64,000 bases of DNA from Tubiluchus corallicola (GCA_030141605.1 JAQGDQ010000010.1:1488001-1552000); one strand, 5' to 3'. Shown: positions 39,780 through 52,666, numbered from the stretch's first letter. Made by a program: numbers and translations. The notes: generated by a model not told the origin, from the letters alone.

Positions 39780-40264
39780 CGTGGCATTGCCCAATGATAA
39801 ACCGTCCGCGCACAAAATAGTATCAAAGGTAAGAAGTTGTAACGATAACTGTATCAAGAAAAATTAAAACGAATAAATGTTTCCGTCAGGCTTGCGTTTT
39901 TTGTCTTCCCAAATAAACTAAGTAAAAAAATCAATAGCTAATTTGCGTTCTATTATACTTGTAGCATTAAAATGTCAAAGACGTCAGCCCAGTGAGCCCA
40001 CACGTAGTTTCTTTAGAGTTCTTCCCACACACAGAATGACGCAAAAGGCTGTCCAATGGGAAGACACAACAGTGACATCATTGCTAAACGCAACCAATAA
40101 AGTTACCGCAACGCGCAACGATCTTAACTTGCGCACTATGTAAACCGGTTTCCTTGTCTGATGTCGTGACGCTGATGGCGTACGTAATTTTGACGTGTTG
40201 CTACGTATTCCATGAATTGAACCAGTCCGAAAGCTCTGTTTTGGTGACGATTACTACGTAACCG
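39780..40264 (+). promoter_or_regulatory. Probable CREB gene promoter and non-coding first exon
   Basis: Local CpG enrichment; CCAAT at ~39791, 40053 and 40094; many CRE-like sites; strong donor CCG|GTAAGT at 40264/40265, ~2.3 kb upstream of the ATG exon. Confidence 0.65.
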
Positions 40265-42537
40265 GTAAGTACTCATCCAAGAAGACAACAAATACATTCA
40301 TCGTCCAACATGCTTGGAACCATGTGGTTAGATTTCGGCATATTTGCCGGTATGTATAGCATTTCAAATTTCACCTAAGGAATTTAACAGGAAAATTAAA
40401 AACGAATGTTTATAGCGATTGGTTGTGTGAGTCGCTATTAAGCAGTTTTCGTTATTGCACTTTTCGTTTTTGCTTGCTCACGTGCACCGAATTTTGTAGA
40501 AGCTAGGCTAACTACATTTATGGTCCTAGAAGTTCATTACACTACTATGATTCCTGCAAATTCGTGTTCAGTTTTATGCTCCTTCAGTTCTTCGTTTTAC
40601 ATGAAATTTTTTTAATAATTGACAATTCATGAAAACAAAATAAACGTGTACATGTATAATGGTACTTCACATTAATTAGGTCTAGCTATTACTAAGTTAA
40701 TGTTTTGTTAATTAATAGTTAATTGACTGTTAAAATGCCTTTTTGAATTTAATTGTTCTGTTAAACTTGGACATTAATAATTGACCAGTTATATTGTCAT
40801 CACGCCTTCCTTTCCTGTTCATTTATATTATCATCCACATCATGACACTACACCTAATTTTACAAAGTTAGGGCATCTCTGGCCCTGAAATAATGTTATT
40901 TTTAACCTTAATTGTGGTATTTTGTATTACTGAGGATAAGGAATTATAGTTATGTTATACCTGATGTTGAAATAATCTTCTTTCATTGTATATGCTAATG
41001 ATTTTTAAGTCAGTTAACAGTAAATTTTGTTTGACTATCACTTAGGGTCCTAACTTTTCATTACATTTACTATGATTTATTCAGAATTTGATACATTTTA
41101 GCCACAAAAATGCACAGAATTATCTAAAATGCATATGTGGTTGCTACTGAAAGAAGACTCAAACTGGGCAAAATAGGACTAGGAAAACTGATATCATGAA
41201 ATCTTTCCCAGGCTTGATTTAAAATAGAAAATTTATAAAATTATTCTCTTTCTTCCAAGTTTGTTTAAAAATCACTGTATTTTTGTACTATAAAATTTAC
41301 TTTGTCATGTTTTGTTTTCATTTTGGCCTATTTTTCAATTGTTTTTGAAGCTGCCATGATTAGTTGGCAATTTCAAAGACTAGCTGGTGGTAGTCAGAGT
41401 GTTGTGAAAATGTGAATCAATAGAAAGCTTTATGCTGTCTTAGATTATCATTATTCAATTATCGAAGGCTGAAAAACGCTGCACAGTTCAGTAAAGTGAG
41501 TTTATGCAGTTAGGCCTCAGACATTTTTCCTTACAAGTAGGAAAAGTAAGAAAAAACTGATGGATAGCTGAGCGGCCTGAAGTTAATTGCGCGAGGTTGA
41601 ATGAACATTTTTGAGCATAACTGTATAATTTATACAGTTACAACATCAGCTGTAAAATTTAAGTAATGCATTTTATGTGACAATAGTTTGCAAATTATTA
41701 AATAGTTTAGAACTGTTACCAGATACTGAGAAATTTTCAGAAACATTCTAACTATAATTCGGGCACTGATTGATTCTCTGAACGAACTTTGAAACCAACG
41801 TTTGCAGACAGGCATTAGGCATACGCTATTTATTAAAGGGCTAATTAGTTTATTCATACATGTATCACTACTAAATATTATCAAAATATTTTGTGACATT
41901 TTTATACCCTTCTTAGTGCTTATTTTAAAAAAATTGTTGAACTTTGTTTACATTCGTAAAATTATGTTTGCCAGAAGATCTGCATGTATAAACATATATT
42001 TAAATTGACCAGTAACTGTTTAGTCTACTGTAATGCATGTTAATTTTACATTTTTGTATAACCTCTGGAAAATTTGAAATGGAAATACTGAAAAGTCACA
42101 TACCTGACTGGAAAAGCAGGCCCCCATAAGACTTAATTCTAATTCAAAATTATTAAGTTGCAGTTTTATGACTGTTTTTAATTTATTTACTAATTATAAT
42201 TACAATCAACAAGTGTCATTTTTGTAAGCTTCATGGCATTTTTGCCATTAGCCTTGATAATTTTAGGAATTTTATGACTTCACTCATTTTTTAACACTTC
42301 GAGAATGTTACAGTGCTTCTACAGTGACACTTATAATTACAAGTTTTGTTGGTCAACATATTTTTTCTTCAATTTTGTTTGAAATTAGTAGAAAATTGTA
42401 CAATCTATTCAACTTATTATATATATGTAGTAAATATCACCTGGCTTAATTTGCTGTATAATTAAGACATATATTACTAATTATATATTATAATTTATTA
42501 TTTGCAATTGTTTATCATTTTTGTGCATTTTAGTGTT

Positions 42538-42720
42538 ATGGACATAGTAGCAGATGGATCAAGCACTACTGCTCCTGTCACGGGAACTCTGCTTTCGTCA
42601 AGTGCACCAACCCCTGTCTCTATAGTGTATGTTACTTCCACTGGACAGTCTATTCAAGTTCAGTCAGTTATTCAGCCAAATCAGTCGGTGATCCAGTCAG
42701 CCTCTGGACAAACTATTCAG
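42538..42720 (+). CDS. CREB: CREB coding exon 1 (Q1 glutamine-rich region)
   Basis: Acceptor TTTTAG at 42533; ATG at 42538; MDIVADG...IQVQSVIQPNQSVIQSASGQTIQ; donor CAG|GT, phase 0. Confidence 0.88.
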
Positions 42721-44448
42721 GTTTTGAGAATAATAATCTACATTCTAACTGTACTAGTCTTCAAAAGAAATGTATGGTAATTGGTCGTGTTATGACATAA
42801 AGCAAAGTGTATTACAATGTCTTAGAAATGCCAACAAAATTCGTTGTTTTATTGCATCAGAGAGCTTAAGGCTAATAACGGGAGACAAACCAGCACATTT
42901 CTGTCCTTGTTTAACTGGTATTATTAGCCTTACTAGCCAGACCAGTCTGTGTATAGTCATTTACAAAGTAAAACAATCTTAATAAGCAAGAAATAGAATA
43001 ACTATCACAAATTTCACGAGGAAAAGAAAATGAAACTCATGAATGCGAAAAAGTGATGAAATGTACTTTTTTGGATTCTTAGCAATTTTGCACAGTTCAG
43101 CATTAAATGTAAAATTTTGCAAAGTATGGGGAAAGTAAACATGAAATGTCATTAATAGCACTCTTGTACTATGCATAGCAATGAAATTCTAGACTTGTCA
43201 ACAAAAAGTTCAATTTAAGTAACTACTGTTTCGCTGTACAAGTATTTCTGGGAGTCAAATATGGATCATTTGTCTAGTAATATATACAAAGAAATGTATG
43301 GAGAACAAATCTAATATTTGGTAATAGGAAGTCTGTGTAAGGCAAATTTGACTGCAGTATACCCAAATAAAGAAGGATTAGTGGGCTAGAAAATGAAAAT
43401 TGAGGCTTAAGATGTTTAAATAAGTGCATTGAAATAAGTGCTTAAATGTGAGTTTACAGAACATAAACAAATTTAAAAGCTAAAAACTCGCTGAGCAAGT
43501 CAAAAAAGAAATTGTGTATTTCTTATCAGTAGTGAACATTTTACATAAAGGTTATTTTTAGACAGGTTAGGACTTCCTTTGACTTGCTTTGCCATCAGTA
43601 CCAACCACAACACATGAAACTTGCAATGTATATATTACATTAAATAAGATTACAGTTATTGAAAATTAAGCACTTTTAGATGCTATTGACCTTTTTCATG
43701 TATATAAAAGTACATATTTATAATAAAACATAGTGAAGTGCAATAGCAGCAAAAGAAAGCTCAGTAATTATCCAAATATTAATATAATTTTTTGATAATT
43801 TGATTTTAATACTTAAAAAAATTTCTGTGGCGTGAAATCCCCCCTGGACCGTTACCAGGGGCAAAGTGATCCATGACTTTCTGTTTCACACTCATTCTTA
43901 CATCAAATGGCTGGCAAGTCTTCATATAAATTAGCAGGAACTACTAATTAATCAAATTTGAGTTAAGCACATGTAACTTTGTTTACCACCTTTATGTGTT
44001 TTTCATCCTTATCCAACGTCTATTGAGCGAGTAATTGCTTAGAACACTAAAGCAAGTAAACTGTAATTACTTTCTTTATAAAAACTGTCTGTCATTGGTC
44101 TTGCAACAGAAATCACCAATAAAAGAACGAATTGCATCATCATTCTAAAAAGTAGAATTGTTTCTGAATTCTAGCAAAGGCTTGGCCTGTATGTATACTT
44201 GAGTGATTGAGTTAACCTAATAATAAATTTAAAAATTTGGTTTTCGGTAACTGTTGGCATTCTATTTTACATTGTAACTAATTTAAAATTCTCTATTGTT
44301 CTTTTATATTGTTGAATTCTATGTTATTTTTAACCAAACTGACTGTATGAGCATTTCAGCGTAAAAACGAAGTTTATGATAGAATGCTAAACTAATGTAT
44401 ATATTTGGTTTCAAAGCATTCATTTGACTGTCTTGTCATTTTTGAAAG

Positions 44449-44543
44449 GTCATTGAAGCTCAGCAAGATAGCACTTCTAACACAGACGAGTCTGAGGCAA
44501 CAAGAAAAAGGAGGGAAATTCTTGCAAGAAGGCCATCATATAG
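44449..44543 (+). CDS. CREB: CREB coding exon 2 (KID, PKA site)
   Basis: VIEAQQDSTSNTDESEATRKRREILARRPSY(R); Ser133-equivalent codon at 44536-44538; AG|GTAATA donor, phase 2. Confidence 0.95.
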
Positions 44544-45191
44544 GTAATAAAGATGTTTTTCTGCAATTCCATAAATATAATATGTTGTATGTGCTGTTGT
44601 AAAGGTATTTACCTCTTTGAAAAGTTGTTCCAACATTTTTTGATATATCAAGACAGCGCTTTGAAATTTTGCCCAGTTAGCTGTAAATCAATGCAACCAA
44701 ATTTGAGGGCGATCAGCAGTAGGACCTATGCAGGATTGGTATTCTTCAATCCAGCATCACAAACATAATTTTAGACGAGACCACCACCATTCAATATAGT
44801 AAAAAAATTGAGTTTATTAAAACCTAAAACTTCTAATTGCTTCTTGATCAGTTATCCATTATTTGTTGTTTATTGGTCAATAATTCATTACTTATCATTT
44901 AACTGTCTCAAAATACATACAGATTCGTTATTAAAAGGCATATCTGTTCCCATGTTTCGACTGTTACTCTATTATCATTCTGTTTTATGTGTAATTAGAG
45001 TTTAGTATTTACAAAAAAATTAGGCAATTTACGATTGGTACATGATTTTTTAATTAAAATTTAACAAAATTATCTCTGTCAGAAGGCTGCAGCTCTTGTT
45101 GATCTGACTAGATTTATTTTGTTCAGTCGGTTTCAACAATTTATTTATGAAAGCTTTCCACAACTCACATTTTCCCTAATTTAACTTTTAG

Positions 45192-45352
45192 AAAAATACT
45201 TAATGAATTGTCAGCAGCTGATGATCATCAAGCTATAAATATTAGCAAGATTGAAGAAGAAGAAGGGCTTAGCAGCCAGGAAGAATCATCGCAAGACGGT
45301 GCTGCGGGAGAGATTGTTAATATGCCAATACAGGCAGCAGGTGGAATCACAG
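45192..45352 (+). CDS. CREB: CREB coding exon 3 (KID C-terminal half, acidic region)
   Basis: (R)KILNELSAADD...KIEEEEG...AAGGIT; acceptor TTTTAG at 45191; donor 45353 (alternative 45341), phase 1. Confidence 0.9.
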
Positions 45353-45539
45353 GTCTGTAGAATTTTTCAGTTGTAAACTGTTTTTGGTATAATCTGAAAT
45401 CCGACAGAGAGAGAGAGAGGGGGGGAAAGAGAGAGGGAGCCACTGTTTAAGTTCTAAATGATTTGGTACTTTTTATTGATTTTAAACAGTAGTTTAAAAT
45501 AAGTTGCATTACTGCACTTCTCCTGTTTCTCTATAACAG

Positions 45540-45734
45540 TTGTACCAGCATCGGCACTACAATTTGCTACGAGTAGTACAGCTGGAGGTGACGCTGTGCA
45601 GGGACTACAAACACTCACAATGACTAATGCTAACGGAGCTGCGGCTGCTGCAGCAGCGGCTGCCACTGGTCAAACAATTGTCCACTATGCTCAAAGTGCT
45701 GATGGACAAGTTTTCCAGATCCCAGGTCTAAAAG
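45540..45734 (+). CDS. CREB: CREB coding exon 4 (Q2)
   Basis: VVPASALQFA...DAVQGLQTLTMTNANGAAAAAAAAATGQTIVHYAQSADGQVFQIPGLK; VQGLQTLTMTNA is a CREB Q2 signature; donors at 45726 or 45735, both phase 1. Confidence 0.93.
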
Positions 45735-47417
45735 GTAATTTAAGTTTTTAAAACATGTAAATAATTATTCAGAATTTCTATTGGTGATTTTACTTTTCCA
45801 AAACATTTGAGCCACAATTCTAGTTCAGGCTGTAAGTTATTTTTCTTTCATATATTTTTTACCAGTTTTACAAGTCATAAATATTGTTTAATAGGTACGT
45901 TTGAGACAGGTGTATTAACTACCTGATTCTGGTATTGAATTAAATTAAAATTAACTTTTTTCGTTTCACAAAATAATGCACAACAATAACCACAGCCAGT
46001 CTGCAATGGTGCAATAGTTGAATAGTACACAGGTAAATAGGGCCTGAATGCTAGTAATAAGTGAAACGGAGAGAGAATAGCGATGGTAGAATGTGTAATG
46101 ATGTGTACGTCCATAGCAAAATCGTTCACAAGTTGACATTAAGCTTTTCGTGTTACTCACATATTTCTATTTTTCATGTGGATCATTTTTATACCAAGCT
46201 CATCACTCTATGTTATTTCTAAGCTGAGATAATCCACATTGAAGTTGAGGTGCATGCTGCACACTGAAAAACATAGTCTTGAAAAAATTACTATTAAAGT
46301 TAGCCATTGTTTTTGTTGCATTTCTGAAAAACACTTAGCAACCGCACAAATGTTGGTTGCTATGGACTTTGCAAGAACACAGTGAAATTATGTTTAAATC
46401 CAGTAGATGACTCCTGGTGAAGATCTGGGCTTGGCAGTTATATAAATTAGGAACAATGGTGTACTAATTATAGAAATGGCGAAGTAAACTGGTACTCATT
46501 AGCCAACTTAAAGTGCTATGACAGGCTTAACAAGTCGTAGTTCAAAGAAAACCTCAACATTTATACAAAAAATGAGATAGTGCAATAACGGTCAGCAATG
46601 TAATTTGAAAACTGTGACAGTCAGTAATAATGTTTTGAAGGCAACTGATAGACTGTTGAATGTTTTTGACATGCACAGTATTTTTAGAATTGAAATTTAT
46701 TTTTTACATGGACATATAAAACATAATGTTGTTTCCATTACGGTCCAAGTGTGGTCAGTAATTACTAAGAATAGAAAATAACTTCGATACTATTATAAAA
46801 GAAAAAACACCAAGTTATAAATGCTTTAGAAAATAATTACAATACACCGAGATACATCCATACAAGATAAAATCAAGCACTTTTAAGCAGTAAACCTAAG
46901 CATTGTTAAGTGCCAAAATTTAGCACACCCTTAGCAAAACGAAGCACATTAATTGCTAAAAATAAGCAACACTGTTATTGAAAAAAGAATTAAAGAAAGC
47001 GTTATATGATAAAGACAACACATTGTGATACATCCATAATAAAATAAAGATTACAATAAAAGTTTAGCAATGCGTGAAATAAAGTATAATAATAATCAAA
47101 CATTAGATTAAAACACATTATCACATGCATGCTAAATAGAATCTGATACATAAAAAGTGGTATGTTTAAAAATAAATCAAAATGATGAAAGTGCCTTCAG
47201 TAAGGCTGTTTTTACTTGCGGTTGTGTCTCATTGAATCATAAATCTCTGTCTACATTATTATGCAATAATGCCACACTATACTGCAATGTTGGTTTGCTA
47301 TATTCACTTCTAAGTTTAGTTAAATACAATTACCTGCCACACACTTCAGTGAACGACTCCTCAGTTGTTTTGTCTTTGTGCACTTTCCTGGGCCTTATTT
47401 GACTTTGTATTTAGCAG

Positions 47418-47607
47418 GTGCAACAATTCAGTTAGCACAAGGGCAAGATGGACAGCTGATTGTTCCTGCCGACCTATCCGGGTATCAAATTAGGACTTCT
47501 TCTTCCTTGCCACAGGGAGTCGTGATGGCACAGAGTGCGATTGGAAGCCCGTCGCACGCAGTTGAGGAACAGACAAGAAAGCGCTCACTTCGATTGATGA
47601 AGAATAG
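47418..47607 (+). CDS. CREB: CREB coding exon 5 (end of Q2, start of basic region)
   Basis: GATIQLAQGQDGQLIVPADLSGYQIRTSSSLPQGVVMAQS...EEQTRKRSLRLMKN(R); TAGCAG acceptor; phase-2 donor. Confidence 0.94.
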
Positions 47608-48180
47608 GTGCACATTTTATTTAGAAAGAGAATTCCAAAATTATTGCTGTTTTTAAACTTTAATTAATACATTTTTATCCTTGGAACTTTTTAACCTTAT
47701 CCTGTGTCTGTATAACCTGACTAGTGTTAGTTCTTTAAGCATTTATGTGTAATTGTCTTCTTTTTAGTACTTGGTTCTTAGATGTTTTATGAATTTTAAT
47801 TTTAAATGTCTGTACACCAAACACCATTTTTATTGATTTTAGGTAATAAAATTTTATTATTTATGAAACCCTACCCTACTATTAAATGTACTTGTAACTG
47901 CACATATTTTTATGTTATTTATGATCTAGCTATCAAAATAAAAATAATCTATTCCTTGATTTGCCTCCCTAATATCCCTTTGACAGGCAAAACAAAGAAA
48001 TCAATTTACACCACACAGATTTGCCTTCTCTTTATCGTTATATCACTTTTATTTTTGAAACAAAATTCTATATAACTTCTTGTTTACAGTTGTTATTGGT
48101 ACGAATAATGTTAAAAATCTGACACAGATAAATTGAATATCTAGGGCTTGTCGAAACTAAAATTTTTTTAAACTTATTAG

Positions 48181-48325
48181 GGAAGCAGCACGTGAATGTC
48201 GCAGAAAAAAGAAAGAGTATGTGAAGTGTCTCGAGAACAGAGTTGCCGTTTTGGAAAGTCAGAACAAAGCTTTAATAGAGGAACTGAAATCGCTAAAGGA
48301 GCTCTATTGTCAGAAGAGTGACTAG
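48181..48325 (+). CDS. CREB: CREB coding exon 6 (bZIP, stop)
   Basis: EAARECRRKKKEYVKCLENRVAVLESQNKALIEELKSLKELYCQKSD*; the six exons sum to 969 nt = 322 aa + stop. Confidence 0.97.
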
Positions 48326-50234
48326 ATGTGTTAGACTCAGGAAATCCATTCAGTGTTTGCCTGCTGTGATTCTATGCATTACTTCCCCTCATTTTGTAAC
48401 TCTTTATCTTCATTTGCCTTGATGCAAAGGAATTTATTTTGATATAATATTGATATGTAGCAGTGAGTGATTTGCTGATGTAATCAGACTAATTAATTAG
48501 TCACAACAAGCCTCTGCACCATTTTTGAAGGTAATGTATCTGAACTATGAAGAAAAAAATGTTGTTAGAAAATTATTGTTTTCTTTAGCACTTAAAATAA
48601 AGAAACTAGTATAAAGAGCATGACATACTCTCATATATCAGAATAATTGTGTGTTGTTAAAGTACACCATCTTTGAATGTTTCTCGGATACCAGTCCACA
48701 TAGTAAACATGGCTAATGCAAGGCATATGCAGCTACCACGTACGCATGTTGATTTCGCCACTGGCTACATAATGCAGTTCGATTTGCTGTAGTAGAGATG
48801 GTCCTTGACCAGAGGCAACACTCTTTTCGCATCTGGTAATTTGTAAAGCCTAAGAAACTGGTAGGAAAAATTATATTCTTTCGCCACTCAACAGTGCCCA
48901 CTGCCCACAACTTTCATGCTCTACCCACTGCCCATATTTTCACTAAGACGCTTCTTTCTATGTTCAGGACAAGCACTCTTATAAGACAGAGATGCCAGAA
49001 AAATAACCATAAAATTGGTTTGCTTGCTTTCCTGCCAAAATGTTCTCTAGACAAAATCAGTTCTAATTAGGCTATAAATATTTATGAGTGATAGTAGTTA
49101 AATCAAACAGAAGTGAAAAATTGTTAGCTTGCACTATATTCATACAAATTTGCTTTGGCAAAATTTGCCAAATGCACATTTTTATGCAATTGATATGAAC
49201 AGTTAAAATGATTGCATGAAAACTGCAAATGTTCCTGTTGGCCTAATTATTTCATTAATATTTGTATATAACTGTGTGTATATTATTTCTGAATGACAAA
49301 TGTACAGTCTAGTAGGTAATGTGTTATAACGATTTATAGTTTTTATGTGTGTTGAACCTGAACTAGTCAGTTAAAATGATCACACGCTCTTCTTTCTAAA
49401 CAACTAGCAGTGGATTATAGGGTTTGTTTAACATTAAAACAGTAAACAATAAATTTTTATTCGAAAACTGAAAATATGCTCTAGTTGGGAAGAAAATTGG
49501 GCTTTGCATATAACTAAATAGATTTTTAAATTGCCCAATGAGCGATTATTAGCCTTGATGCTAATTATGAACCCATGTTTGTGTGTTACTCGATTAATAG
49601 CTTAATTTAGGCTGAGCTCGAGAAAGTATTTTAAATGTTTCTGTTGGTAAAAACAAGTAGAATTACCAGCCAGTTTTTTCAGGGCTCTTAATGTAAGTTG
49701 CTTATTTCCAGTTTTATCTAGTAACTTATGCTACCATTTTAAAATGCGTTATTTTCAAAATAAGAAAAGATTAGCTTCGCAGTTTACTATGTCAGTCAAT
49801 GTACAGTTGTTATTTCAAATAAGACAGAATGAATGTTATATTCGCACAGTTTTATTGTTTCAATGGTTTTTGATACACATTTTCTCACATCTCAACATTT
49901 TCTACAAAAATGAAAGTACAGAATTTCTGAATTTTTTCTTGTATATGTGCGTTATTAAAATCAGAATTTGAAAGTCGAAAATATTATTACCTTGCAACAA
50001 ATAATGTGGCTTTGACTTAAGCTATTTGTACACTTACATTTTTAATACTGATAAAAATTGCAAAATATGCCACAATAGTCTTCTTAAATACAAAAACAAT
50101 ATCCACTTTATAATTATTAAATTTGTTATACAGTGTATTGTTTATGCACTTAAATGCCACGAAAGAGTTCTACAGACATTACTTGCGATGAAAGTATACT
50201 ATAAACATTGTACTAAGAGAATATGAATTATCTA

Positions 50235-50385
50235 ATGGTAGTCATTTATATACAAATGTACAAGTACCAAAATAAACATAAAAGATGAAGATTACGGCCT
50301 TGCATCGTGATGGTAATCATTTGGATACAAATGTACAAGTACCAAAATAAACAAAAGATGAAGATTACTGCCTTGCATCTTGATG
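50235..50385. repeat. Tandem duplication of a ~75-bp unit
   Basis: ATGGTA(G/A)TCATTT..ATACAAATGTACAAGTACCAAAATAAACA..AAAGATGAAGATTAC.GCCTTGCATC.TGATG, two copies. Confidence 0.95.
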
Positions 50386-50528
50386 ACAATGTAATAATGT
50401 AGCGAATAAAGCAGAAATTCAAATTGGATACAGAATTATTATAACTATTACGGTGCTATTACAAGAGACAAAAATGACAGTACACTAATTCAGCTTTTTT
50501 GTATGAAATCACGGTCGGAGTATCAGTT

Positions 50529-50546
50529 TCATTTCGTGGAATTCTG
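50529..50546 (-). CDS. Zinc-finger protein, probable terminal coding exon (QNSTK*)
   Basis: Acceptor TTTTTTGCAG|CAG (NAGNAG); phase 0 matches the previous exon; short, so less certain. Confidence 0.55.
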   Translation of the reverse strand, partial: QNSTK

Positions 50547-51294
50547 CTGCAAAAAATACATAAAAATAAATTTGTTGTTTGGAACTAACAACAAGTCAAC
50601 AACACTGTTGGATCATAATAGTTGTTAAAGACGACTGTATCATCTACTCTTTACAAGTGTATACTATTGATATACACATCTGGAGAATTACCACTTTCAA
50701 AGTCTTCAAAATAAAAGAATTCAGTCAGTTTGCAGTATCACCTGAAATTTCTTGCAGCGAGGTCAGCTATACAACATGTCACAATCACCATTGTTTCTAT
50801 AAGACATCCTGTAACTTGTTCCAGGTAATGTGACCAACTGCACTTCTTGCTGACAACCACTGTTTCACTCTAGTTAATTTTCTGAATATTTCTTTTACAG
50901 ACAATTATTTATAACAGTTTTGTTGTGTGCACGGGCAATTGCTGTAGGTCAAAGCTTAAGTGTACCACAGCAACGCGCCATCTTAACTACAACTGTCACA
51001 AGATGTAAAGCAAAGCTGTCTGCAACATCAGTTCAGTAACTTCAGTTGTTTTACATCGAATTGTGCATTAGTCTGTGCATAGAGTGATTTACTAGCAAGA
51101 TTTTGCTTGGGAACAAGAAAAAATGAACCAGGTAAGGTTCTAGCTAGTTGTTAAAACTGATACAATTACAATAGCATGGGCAGCGAGACAAGTGTACACA
51201 AATACATTGTCTGGTATACTTAACCTTAGACCATTTCATAATTAATTACTGGAACCGTGAAACGGCTTATTAACAGGCCTGCAGAGTAGACATA

Positions 51295-51952
51295 CAATCA
51301 AACCTCTTTATACTATTCACTTTGGGACGGGAAAAAGTTGGCGTTATAGCGAGTTAGGCATTATAACGAGGTGTGTTAAATTTGCCATTGACAAATCACA
51401 AAACTGTCAGGTAAGTGTACACAGATTATAGTCCACGGTTATCACTAAGGATAATTTAATGACTCACCAAGAACATTTTCTTTACATAAACGTGTGTTGT
51501 ACTCAACTATATAATCTGTAGGCCTACTGCTCCACTAAACACTTGTGGCGAAAAACGAATCATATGTTTTCTGTCAGTTACTATTATGACAGCACATTGA
51601 CAATAATATCGGAGCTATCAATCCTTTACTATTGTGAAAATACAGTGAACAGAACAGCTTGAAAACAATCAAAGAATGATAACACTTATTATTTTGCACG
51701 ACACATGACATCTGCATATTGTAGGTGAGCCAGCGGAGCTTATAACAGCCTTCGGTGGCTGGCATAATGTCAAGGTCTCCTGTGTGGTGGGCGGAATTTC
51801 CCCATTGAACATATACATTAATTTACCCGGCGGATAGTGGATAACGGGTGGCGGTATAACTGGTTATTTTTATAGCAGTTGAATACAACCATTTTGTTCC
51901 TGACCATTTTGCAGGCGGTACACGAGTTTGGCAGTACAACTAGGTTTGATGG
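51295..51952. mobile_element. Non-autonomous Tc1/mariner-pogo (Tigger-like) MITE, intronic
   Basis: TA-flanked TIRs CAATCAAACCTCTTTATACT vs CCATCAAACCTAGTTGTACT (16/20); subterminal TTATAxCGAG repeats. Confidence 0.8.
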
Positions 51953-52128
51953 TATTTTACACAAACACTGACAAAACGCTGCAGCAATAAGACTTGTGTA
52001 TAAAAACAGTTTAAAGTAGTTTCAAGAAAAATTAACTAATTTTGTAACTTACTTCGCATATTTTTAATTTACATGTAACCGATCACGCAATCATTTTTAT
52101 GATTAAAAGAAAAATCATAAGTTCATAC

Positions 52129-52242
52129 CGGATGATCAGCAGTAGCGCCGTCTAAGCGATACTGCAGAAGCGCTTGCGTTAAAGCATTCGAAACTTCTAA
52201 TGCCATAGCTGCCTCTGTCTCGTTATTCACAATGCAATTTGA
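52129..52242 (-). CDS. Zinc-finger protein coding exon 7 (helical C-terminal region)
   Basis: SNCIVNNETEAAMALEVSNALTQALLQYRLDGATADHP; TTTTCTAG acceptor, GTATGA donor, phase 0-0. Confidence 0.85.
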
Positions 52243-52666
52243 CTAGAAAACAAGAGTCAGTTATAAGCAAAACACCTGTGCTACCACACGCAATGCACTG
52301 AAGTTGACAGGATATAACCACTGCTTTATAACATTTTTACACATTCCTGTCTGAATTATTTATTGCCGTTTCTTGTATTCAAACAAACTTTGAAAAAAAA
52401 TTTCTGTGGACAGAGAGCACGATGATTTTCTGTAATTACACAACAATTACTAAGGACTTTTCACTAACAATTGCTCCAAACAATGCCAACCACAGCCACT
52501 TTTAGTGACTTTACTATAACATTTACATTTAGCTTACTAAATGAAACAATTTTGTTTATTTATTATTACACTGGCTCTTATGTTTCTTTGTGTATTCTAG
52601 ATATTAACTATTCTTGTTACCAAATTATTAGTCTTGATTATTATCCAAAAACATTTAAAAGCATAC

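Noticed and set aside
45996-46032. Possible extra (poison or ICER-like) CREB exon ending ACAG|GTAAAT
   Set aside because: No polypyrimidine tract, in-frame stops and no in-frame ATG; not supportable from sequence alone.
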